The position numbers and the translations under genes are program-made. A DNA stretch of 64,000 bases, taken from positions 8,186,634-8,250,633 of the forward strand of contig CP154954.1 in the NCBI GenBank assembly GCA_039621445.1, read 5' to 3'. The notes under the pieces are model-generated. The model had not been told where the DNA came from, searched no databases, and was given only the letters and a program-made list of their open reading frames with translations. The first letter of the stretch is position 1. Each line of letters begins with the position of its first letter. This stretch comes from Euglena gracilis. Lineage: Eukaryota. Positions 34,788 to 45,113 of the stretch are shown one piece after another.

Positions 34788-36174
34788 CTTGTTACTTTCC
34801 GGCCTTAAAGCCCCATAACACTGCCAGACAGCAAAAATTCTGCCTAAGGTCTTTGGACCAGCCCCCCACTCCTCTCCTCTTTCCCCCCCGGGCAAAATCG
34901 CTGTCGCCGGCAGTTGGTTTTGTAAATAAGCTTTCTTCCCTGGTCAGGTATGACTGCCCAGGTGCCCCTCCTTCCACACCCTACCTCTACAATCTTTTCC
35001 GATCATGGGATGAGACCACCACAAGTACCATAGGCACACCCCAAACCGGGCGGATGGAAATTTCTGGAATCAAAACCTTCCAGCCCCACTTTCCAAGAGG
35101 GCTCTTCCACTTCCACCCCTTTACCGCAATAAGTAGGTAACCACATAAGCGGATAACCTCTTTTGCGCGTTTTTGATTTTTGGTTTCCACTCTCTTCCTT
35201 CCGTTTCTGGTTTTTGACCTTGTGACAGAGAAGTGGACCCAAGACGTGCGGTACATTCCTCAGTCTCAGAGCTCTGCTTGAATCCTTGCTGGCCTGGTCC
35301 AGTAAGGAAATAGGGCAAAGCCCTGGGAGGAGGATGTGTACCAGGCAGCATGAACATGGCACTGTACATAGCAGCAGACTGCAGAATGTACAATGTCATG
35401 CTAGATAGTACTATTCCACGTTCTGCAACACATAGGAATAACGTATCCTATCTCGGATCTGCCTTCTCTTTTCACAGGTGGTATTTGTATTCTTTTGTTT
35501 TATGTTTCATTAGCCCAAAAGGGCAAAACAAAGATTTGAAGATTTGAACTCCGATAGAAGAACACGACTGGAACTGAAGTTCCAAAATCTGCCTTTTGCT
35601 CTGCATAAGCCCGAAGGCAATAAAAACTAATAGTTAAGTAAAAGATTGTCTTTTTTGTCACTCTCCTGGTTCTGTTCCCACAGGAGGGTGTAAGTAGGCC
35701 GACAGGCAGTGGGAATAGAGTCAGGGGACGTACACTATATTTCAGGTGGGTATTTTACTATTATAAATTTTGTTGATACATTTTCCATATTTATAAAGAT
35801 TTTATAGTCATTAATTTTTTATTGTGGAATTATAAAATATAACATTAAGATTGTATTTAATGCAGTTTTAGTAATACAAATAACACACGTTTTCATACAA
35901 TTAGTAATAAAATAATAATAAAAAAGAAATAAGTTGAAATTAATAAATATATGTATTAAGCAAAAATAATATTTATTCGTATAATATGTAATTGTAGAAT
36001 AATTATTACAGCAATCGTATTATCATTGTGAGCCCGACCCCCCCCCCCAAACCATGTCAGGAAATTTATGTTCCAACGGCCTCGGTCAGAAGATGGGGGC
36101 AAGGGGGTGGTGGAGGGAGGGGGCAGAAGACCCAAGGGGACAGAAGCCTCGTCGTCACGTCGGAGAATCGTCAG

Positions 36175-36330
36175 CAGCCAACTCCGCGAGGCGGCACTAA
36201 GCACAGACTCCTAACCCAACGCGCCAAAACAATAACAACAAACCTCCGGCGAGCAAAGCATGGCCTCACAATGCCTTTGTGCTTCGCCCTCTGTGTCCCT
36301 TCCTCCCAGGTCGGCTGGCCTCGAGGGAGT
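36175..36330 (+). repeat. DIRS right ITR-like segment, inverted relative to 12960-13065
   Basis: CAGCCAACTCCG...GGCACTAAGC...CTCCTAACCCA...GCATGGCCTCACAATG is the reverse complement of the left ITR of the + strand DIRS, followed by the terminal extension motif also seen at 36485-36545 and 38620-38680. Confidence 0.65.
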
Positions 36331-36959
36331 ACAAAAAACGAGGAAATTGTGTAGGAGGGAAAGAGAATTTATCGTGGCAAGATGTCTGAAACATAAAAAA
36401 AACTACCTTTGGTGCTGATGAAACTTTTTAGGGGTCAGGTTTTGCGTTTTTTTGGGGTCAGGAAAGAAGGGAATTGCCTCACAGTCTTTGTGCCTCGCCC
36501 TCGGTGTCACTTCCTCCCTTGTCGGTCTGCCTCGAGGCAGTGCGAAAAATGGTGGGACCATATTATGCGCAAGTATTTTTTCCACAGGAGAAAGTGGCAC
36601 AGAACTGCTCCAAAAGATTTTTTTTCCAAAACACGCAGCAACTGTTTTGAATGCCTTTCTTGGCCTGTTATGGCCTGTTATGCGTGTTCTTTTAATGATG
36701 CGGGACTATGAGGTCTGCTCCCCCCCTCAAGGGATGGGTTTACGATGGTGTTTAGATTTTTTTTTGACCCAGTGTCGAAAAAAACAGGCTGTGTCATAAA
36801 CTGTCAATAAAGTCACAGAAATTAGGAAGGTGATTCCGAATTCAATGCACCCCTGAAGACCAGGTGAAAAATTGATTCCGGTACACGTCTTCAAACCTCT
36901 CCACAGAGCGGGTTATGGAGCTACGTGCCTGTGTGCATATAAAAGTACATCAAGCACTC

Positions 36960-37090
36960 AGAAGGGACGGTGCATCAGGCAGTCGCCCACATGCTTTTCA
37001 GGACGAAACTTCCTTTCCCTTGGGTGGAGACAGCCGCTGTAAAGGAGTTCGTTAACGCCATCAGCCCAGGTGCTACACTGGACACGCATT
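36960..37090 (+). pseudogene. Possible hAT-type transposase remnant
   Basis: Short peptide LPFPWVETAAVKEFVNAISP resembles the LPF..VE...F..F...L.P motif of hAT transposases; no intact ORF. Confidence 0.3.
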
Positions 37091-38749
37091 GACGGCAGTC
37101 ATCATGGAATTGAAACCTTAAGATGGCAAGCGCATTCTCTCAACCTGGTGGTGAAAGGTCTCTTCAAGGATTGCAACCGTCCAAAGATATTGAGGTGAGC
37201 GAAAAAAAGCTTTGTGTACGGGGCAACTGGCCAATGATCTTCGCCACTATGGAATTCGACGACCAGGTATCCCCCCCCCGTTCTCATGATGTCTTCTTTC
37301 TGCAGCTCTCCCAAGGGAAACAAGATGGATGCCAACATATCGTCAAGCGAAGTTATTTTGTCCAGCCCGTGTGATGGATGTTTGCCTGGGGTTTCTGTAC
37401 AGAGTCCTTTTTTGCACCGTTTTTTTTCAAAACAAAGAAATGGGCTCTGGCCTTGCAGAGGAGGACGGATCCGTGGACACGTTACCCGTTGTTTTTGGAG
37501 TGTCAGGTGTGGCATGTCATTTTTCTTTTTTTTTGACTGTTTTGGCTTCATTGATTGGATGTTTTTGACTGACTCTTTCCTTTTTTTCCTTCATTTTCCC
37601 CTTCATGATTTGGACGCTTTTCTCAGGATGGCAGCTGCGGGCCACCAGCGCTGACCTTGAACGACACTGGGTTTTTACACAGGTCGGCAATTTTTTGTCA
37701 ACAAAATTAACCTTTTGCTTAAGTCCTGGTCTTTCAATTTAGGCATCAGGCGTTTTCTTGCCTCACCCCCCCGTGGGGATAGCCCTGTCGTTGTTTTTTG
37801 ACTGAGGGAGCTTTCCACTCAGGTTTCTGTTTCCGCGGATGACGAGTCCTCCTATTTTGATTAATTTTTTGTGATGCTACCTGACACGGTGTTTGTTTGA
37901 CAATTGTATTCAACCCCATTTTCTGGGAGGGGGGGCTGGTACGGCATTCACCTTTGTTTTTGGTAAAAAAAACCATCTTCTGGGGGGTGTCGGTACGGCA
38001 TTTTGGGAGGGGTCCAAAAAATCTCTTTTGGGAGGGGCTGTTGGTTCGCCTTTTGAAAAAACCCCATTTTCTTGGGGGGTGCTGTCCGTTTGGGTTTTTT
38101 TGTTTGTGTGAATGACAAAAAGAGCATATGAAGTCAGGCTTTTTTTTGCGCAAATATTCTTCGGTTTTTGGGTTTGATCCCCGATCATTGTTTAAAGAAT
38201 GAATTTCCTGCAAAAATGACCTGCCGCAAAGGTCGCACCAAAAAGCAAAAAAAGGAACTTCGGGGGGGGCAGTCGTGGACACCTCGGGCTCCGCACTTTG
38301 CCCTTGTGAGGCTATGCCTTGTTCGCCGGCGAAAAAGGCACTCGGGCTCACAAGGTCTCACACTGCCCCGAGGCAGACCGAGAGGGGAGGAAGGGACACC
38401 GAGGGCGAAGCACAAACACCAAGTGAGGTCATGCCTTGTTTGCCGGCTGTTTGAATTTGAATGTTTTTGGGATTTTTGGGGATTTTTGGGATTTCTGTGC
38501 TTTGCCGGAGTTGGCTGCCTCGTCGCTCTGGCGCGAACGATTCCTAGGGGGAGACCCCTTTCTGGAGCCACCCCCCCCCCGAGGATCGTTTTCTCTTCTG
38601 GGAGGGTAGGGTGGGCTCACTTGGTGTTCGTGCTTCGTACTCGGTGTCCCTTCCTCCCCTCTCGGTCTGCCTCGGGAGTGCGAGACACCTCGGGCTGCAC
38701 ACTTCCCCCAAGTGAGGTCGACTGTGCACCCCCCCGGGGGGGGGGGGCG

Positions 38750-39383
38750 GAGCCGCGTGCTCCAAGTTTTCTTGGGCACCCAACCTTTGATAGTGTGAGC
38801 AAAAGGCTTCCACACTTTTCCACTGACCAATTTCACAAACCAACTCTGAGCTCAAACCCAACGTTTTCATCTTGTTGACTCCTGCCCCCCTGGTGGAGTG
38901 GGGGTCCAAAATACGGGAATCAATCCCAAACTCTTCTAAGGCCCTTTTTTTTAAAGATGCAATGCTGTCTGCCTTTATGCCCCTGAAGGGGGTTTGGAGT
39001 GTCAAAACCACAGGCCCCCTGGGGGGCAATGGTCCTTTGCGAGGGCCACATTCTCCTTTAGAAGGTGAAAAGGAGAAATTTGGGGAATTTCTGGCAAAGA
39101 ATCCATTCTCTCCCATTTTGCCATTTTTTGACGTAATTTTTACATAAGGAGTTGAGCCAAGTAAACTTGCACAACCTTTCATTTCTGATAAATCTGAAGA
39201 CCTGAGCAACATTAGAAGGCGACACACAAGAATGAGTTGTAAACGAAAGTGTGGCAGGTTGTTCCCAAGTACATCAAATGGAACTGCTGCCAGATGCCTC
39301 AGCAGAGGCCACGGATCCCAGAAAGCACCATTTTTTTGGACATTCTTATTCCACGCTTTTTTATATGGTGTATATGGTTTCAC
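38750..39383 (-). pseudogene. DIRS tyrosine recombinase
   Basis: LLRSSDL (R), HSTRG (HxxR, 38889-38900), GQWKS (W), SHYQR (Y). Confidence 0.88.
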
Positions 39384-39679
39384 CCCCTGCTAACCTCAAT
39401 TTTCCCAAAGCCCTGGCAAAAGTAAGACACATGAGTAGGCATTTCTGGCCTGTGCAGTGGAAACTCTGAACAATTGTACCACAGCATCTGCAATTTCATC
39501 CGATGATGATTGGTGGGGGGGACCCCCCTTGTTGAAGAATGCTTCAGAGATGTGTAAAACCACTCTGATGTCTTTTCAGGCTGGGATTTATTCTTATAAA
39601 ATTATTAATGGATGAAGATTAAATTTTTCTCCCCTGTCAAATTGACCTGGGCAGATCAGGCAGAGGAGGGGCCACCTGG

Positions 39680-40067
39680 GGGGTGGCATTTTTTCTCCCC
39701 AAAAGTTTTGGAACATTCCTGGGTAAGGGTTCTCCTTGACACATGGTGTGGGTGGGGCCTTCAGCTTTATTAATAGGGTCCACCATGGTGCTGAAGCCCA
39801 AAAGGGGACCACCATCAAAACTTTTGCTTTGGGAAAAAGCTGCAGCCTGGCCAGGAGTTTTTGAATAATGGACCAGGGGGGGTTGGCATAGAGCCCCCCC
39901 CAGGTTTTCCAGTGAACACTGCAGGGCATCTGTTGCCTTGGCCTCCCAATGGGGCCACCTGTACACAAAACTGCTAGCTTTTTGTTTCCTGGGGAGGCAA
40001 AAAGGTCTGTTTGGATGGTGATGAAGGGCTGAAATTTTTTTACCAGATGCTGAAATAATCTTTTGTC
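39680..40067 (-). pseudogene. DIRS N6-adenine methyltransferase-like domain
   Basis: DLFAS (~39995-40009), DAL, YANPPW (NPPW 39873-39884), VPFWASAPWW, typical of the DIRS1 MT domain; frameshifted. Confidence 0.85.
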
Positions 40068-40071
40068 CAGG

Positions 40072-41130
40072 TGTTCTGAGTGTCTTTTCAGGAACTTCCT
40101 TGGCCACTGGCTTTTTATTGAACTTTTCTTAGATTTTCAGGCAAGCAAGACCAAATCCGGACTTCTGAGGCATTGTGTACAGTTTGGTTGCTCCCTACAG
40201 AAATGAATTAGGAGCACCTATTTTTCGCTATTCCTACTGTGTCTTCTGCCAGCCGCCCTCCCACACACCCCACCCAGGCGATTGCCGACCACCTACGAAG
40301 TTAGGCGGCTGGCAATGAGATGGGGAAGTTTTTGTTTTTTTTTCACGGGAGGGGGGCACAGTCCACGGGGGGGGGGGCACAGTCCAGGGGGTACTGTACA
40401 AGAGAACCACTTAAGGCGTAAAACAGCTGCTGCCACCAAGGCCAGTACAATAGAACACTCCATGACCCCCCCTTGCCCACTCCTGGGCCCATTTGGGACG
40501 CCATCTGAGGAACCTGTGGTTTCCCCCCAGAAACCACAAGTTATCCCAGAAGGCCCCCCAGAAGCCCAGGCCGGCTCGGGTTGCCAATTGTGAATGCCAT
40601 GGCAGGGCCACCTTGAAGCGGCACCCACAAAACGGCAGGGCCAGGAACAAACGATTTTCAAAAATCCAGAATTGACATTGAAATCCCAAATCTTGATCCA
40701 ACCCTTTTTGAGACGATTTGGTGAACTTTCTTCTGCCCAAAAGTGTGTGCATTGATCCGAGCCGAGTCAGGCACCAATGATTGCCCATAGACTTACAGCA
40801 CAATTGGACAATGATGGACAATTGACTAGAATTGCACAGTGTGTGGTGTGGCACAAGGGGCTGCTGGGCCCAAAAATGCTGAAGCATTTGCCTCCCAACC
40901 CATCACACCAGTGCAAAAACTTTGGAACAGGAAATGATGTGTGCAATTTTGCTGGTGTTTCCTGGGGCTACTGGGCCAAATTTGCTTTTGGAAAGTGCCT
41001 CCCAACCCATAAATGGTGTGGCAAAAGGGGCTCCTTGGCCCGAACAGTTTGATTGCTCCCTACAGAAATGAATTAGGAGCACCTTTTTTTCGCTATTCCT
41101 ACTGTGTCTTCTGCCAGCCGCCCTCCCACA
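40072..41130 (-). mobile_element. Small non-autonomous LTR-like (TRIM-like) insertion in the DIRS
   Basis: TG...CA ends, 4-bp TSD CAGG (40068-40071 and 41131-41134), 87-bp direct repeat at 40179-40265 and 41044-41130; removal restores GDYSL-DKRLFQHL. Confidence 0.75.
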
Positions 41131-41134
41131 CAGG

Positions 41135-42735
41135 GAGTAATCCCCCCTGTCTTGCCCCCACCTGCTTAGGGGGTCTGCCAGGCATTGGCTGGAGGGCACC
41201 CATTTTACCTCAAGGGTGACATTTTTTTGATCAGCCGGTGGAAGAATGGCTGCAAAATTTTGTTGAAGGGGTTTTTTATTCCCCACCCTTTGCTTAAGTA
41301 ATAAAAGATTACCTGATTGTCTACACACAGGCAAACTCTGTCGTTTGCTTTTTCCAGGGATCTGACTGTGTTTGTGGCAGCCAGGAGTTCTTTTACATTT
41401 ATGTGGAGGGATTGTTTTTCCCTCCAGTGCTCCTGGATGAACTGGCCTGGTGTTGGTTCCAGCCCCCCCCCCCCCCAGCCCAGAGTGCTGCTCTCTGAGT
41501 GCAGAGTTTTGTGTGTTTTTGCACAAATGGTCTTCTTGACAAATTTCCCAGTAAATCTTTTACATTTTTCAGTTCCTCTTTTATGTCCTGTGAGATGGGG
41601 TGAGATGACCCCCAAGGGTCTTGGGAATGCCTTACCAGAAAATTGGGGAGCACGGTGGTGAAGGCCCTTAAAAAGGGCAGGGACAGCAGATTTGACCTGA
41701 TTTTTCCTAAAGTGGCAGCCACCTGCCTTTTTGACATGAAGTGTTTTTTGTAATGAACTTTCCTAGTTCTTTTCTGACCCCTTTTGTCTTTTGAGGGGAG
41801 AGTTGCAACTTTCCTTACTGAAATTTGATGAGAAACCCCAAATGGGGAACTAATTGGTTTGGCTGCAGCAGACTTTTCTTGAGATTGATTTTGAACCCAC
41901 TTGCCATTAAATCTTCCACCACCAGGCTTGGATGTTTTGTGAAGGTGGCTGGGCTGGGGGCTGTAATGAAAATGTCGTCTAGATAGACATACACCTGAAT
42001 TCCCCTTTGATGCCATCTTTTTCCGAATGCACCCATTTGGCCCTGAAAACCCTGGGGCATGATGTTTAGCCCAAAGGGGGCTGCCTGATACACCCAGACC
42101 TGGTCCCCCACCCTGTGCCTTAGATAAGGCTTTAAGGTGTCGTGCAGGGGAAAATGAAAATAGGCACCTTTTAAATCGATTTTTGTCACCCAGTGACCCT
42201 TTTGGAGAAGGGGGTAGATGCCTTGCAATTGATCCAGGGTGAACTTTTTTACCTGGAAGAATGCATTTATTTCCCTGCAATCCGAAATAAACCTCCATTT
42301 TTTTTCCCCTGAGGGTTCCTCTTTTGAAATGAGGAACCAAGGAAGCAGATGGGCTGTGCCATCTGATTCCACCTTTTTTACAGCCCCAGATTTTTGATAA
42401 TCTTCCAAAATCTTTTGGGCCTGCTCCAAGTTTGAACCCTGTCTGCCTGTCACAGACAGGATGGGTGGATGATGCCACTGGGTGGTGATCCACTCCCTGA
42501 TCAACTTGACATGGTGTGGGCTGGCGTGTTTTTCCCACCAGGGCAGACAGAGCTTCAATCTCTGGGGTTGGGGTGTGTCCCCCCAGGCCACTTCTGCCAG
42601 ATGCACCCTGTCCTCCACTGGAATGATGGGGGGTTGTGCATGCCTGCTGTGTGTGTACAGACGTGGGATCCCTTGGGCCTGTTTTGTTGGCCAGGCAACC
42701 GTGGGTCCTGCCATTTCCGTCCTGCAGCAGCCCAC
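41135..42735 (-). pseudogene. DIRS RT-RNase H (frameshifted)
   Basis: KWRFISDCREIN, KIDLKGAYFH, APFGLN, VYLDDI, HLGF; RNase H motifs at 41150-41420; clearly related to the RT at 14738-15400. Confidence 0.9.
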
Positions 42736-43858
42736 TGTGGTGGTGAGCAGGTGGGGTTCTGGCGTTTTCCCCTTCCTTGAGGCTGCTGAGGCAGCTGGGC
42801 AGGGCTTACCTCTGCCTTTTCCTTTTCCTCCTTTCTTCCTTTTCCATGTCCATCTCTATGCCTCATGCCTCATCTCATGCCTCCTTTTCCATGTCCATCT
42901 CCAAAGCTTGGCCATCCTCCTTTTCCTTTTCCATACTTCTTGAACTTGAATCCTCCACCTGGGGAAAGTAAAATACATGACGTTCCCTGCTGGGAATGGC
43001 CAGTGGTGGAGGGGGAAGCATTTCAAAAAACTTCAGGGTGGAAGAAGCCACCTTTGGCTTTGTTGATCTTCTCCACCTCTTGTTGAATCTTCAGATCCTC
43101 GATATTGAATAGCTTCTGCTCCTTCTGTTCCACTGAATGTGGGAGCCTTGCTTTCTTGCGTTCTTCCACCAACCACCTGTCCAGTTCCAATGACAAGAAG
43201 AAGAACTGCTGGCTCAGCACCACCTTGTCTGCTTGTACCCCTTCATGAATCATTCTCAGCAAATTCAAAATTCTTTGTTGGCTGCTCCGCAGCAGCTTGT
43301 CTACCTTGGAGCCTGCATCTTGTCTGTGGTTGTTCACCTCTGGTCGCTCTTTGACCCCCTCGAAATTTGGCAGCCCTTCGAAGATGGAACGGATGTCCAA
43401 ATTCAAGGAGCTCGCCTATTGGCGGAGCAAGACCTTCTCCAGGTCCGCCGGCAGGCCCTGGCGGGCCTCTTCCCACTCCAGGGGTTCCTCTTCCTCTTCT
43501 TCCGCCTCGTCCTCGTTCGTCCGTCCGGCCGCGCGGCCGGTCGCGTCCAACGTCATCTCAGCACCTCCAGGTTCTCCAGCTTCGGCGGGGAACTTCTCCA
43601 TCCCCGCTGCACGGCGCCAGGTCTTACAGAGCTTGAAGGCCACCGAGGCCTGCTTGTCGGACAGCTCAAACGACGATCCCATCTCGACTTCGCACGCGAG
43701 GGCCAGCGAGAAGAGCCATGCTTCGTTGTAGGGTTTGGTCGAGGCCACCATCGCTTCTCCGCTCAGTTGTTCCCCCGCCACCGCGCACCGTGTCGTAGTC
43801 CATTTGGAGAGTACCCCAAGAGCCTTCGCCACGAAGCTTGTGGCACTTTCTTTTGACG

Positions 43859-45113
43859 CAAGGTTGGGTTTTGTTTTTGTATTTTTGGGGGGTCCCAAAA
43901 TCGGCGCAAAAATTTGGGGGGGTACCCAAAAATCAAATTTTTGGGTCTCCATTGACGATGAGAGAAAACCATGGGAAACAATGGTCGACATCCGCAAAGT
44001 CACGAAGGGGCTGTCGCTCAGAGTTGTCCTGAACACTCCCCGCCTGCTTGAAACACTTTCTGGCGGTTTACTTTTCAATAGTCAGACCATTCCCCACCCA
44101 GTTAGTCCAGTTAGTTTAGTTAGTACAGTTTTGGATCCTGAAATTTTTTGGGGCCACAAGGCTTTTCAAAATGCCCCAAAATGCAATTTTCTGTTCGAGA
44201 CATGTAAAAACCCCCAAATAATACCCCCCAGGGTGATATTTTTTCGCCCGAAGTCCCGGCCAGAGGGGGGGGGGGTATTATTTCCCAAAAATTTTCGAAA
44301 ATTTTCGAAGTTCCGTAGGAGCAAAAATAGTGCCAAAACCCCCCTTTGGGATCATTTTTTTTGTACTTTCTCATGAAATTTAGCATTTCTTGGAGGCCAG
44401 ATAATGCAGAAAAATCTATTTTTTTTCGTAATTTATTGTCAGATATTGTGATTTTTACCTACATTTTCAGGTCAAAAATCCGGGCTTTCGGTCCGAAACT
44501 GGGGGAGCGGGGTTTTATTTTGGTGGCCGAAGTCGTACCCCGAGGGGGGGGGGGTATTATTTGGGGGGGGATTATTTGGGGGGAGGGTTTACAATGATCA
44601 CACCCCTGCCCCCCCCCCAATCAGAGGCCACAATTCTGGAGGGCATGATTTTCCCTCCGAAATTAACAGTCTGGATTCCAACGGTCACCCCTTATCAGAA
44701 TCCACAATTTTGTTGTACCATCCCCCCCCCCGGTGTATAAACACTGGCCTTGTATAAGCACTGCTTGTACAAGTGCTTCCATCCTTTTGGACGTGTTGGA
44801 CAGGAATGCTGCTTTGCACGCGGGGTCGGTGGTTCGATCCCGGCTGCAGCCCCAGAGATTACCCGCGGTGGGTCCAGCCGGACTCCCCTGGAGGGCCCAG
44901 AGGGGGGTGAGATGTACTTTTTGGCGCCGCAGGCGCAGAAATTTTTTTAAAAAATGGCTTTTCTTGGCCAAAATCGGCCTTTTTAGGTAGTTAGGGGTTA
45001 GGGGTAAAGTTTTTCAAAGAGGGGGTCCCAAAAATACAATTTTTTGGTGTTTTTGGGGAGGTACCCAAAAACAAAATTTTGGGGGGGGACCCAAAACCCA
45101 AAACCCAACCTTG
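43859..45113. mobile_element. Non-autonomous TIR element (hAT-like) inserted in DIRS gag
   Basis: TIR CAAGGTTGGGTTTTG / CAAAACCCAACCTTG; TTTGACG on both flanks (7 bp, or 8 allowing a T-run error). Confidence 0.8.
44203..44593. mobile_element. MITE with TGTAAA(A)CCC...CCAAATAA inverted ends, nested
   Basis: TGTAAAAACCCCCAAATAAT versus ATTATTTGGGGGGAGGGTTTACA; related copies at ~4650-5030 and ~55843-56064. Confidence 0.5.
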
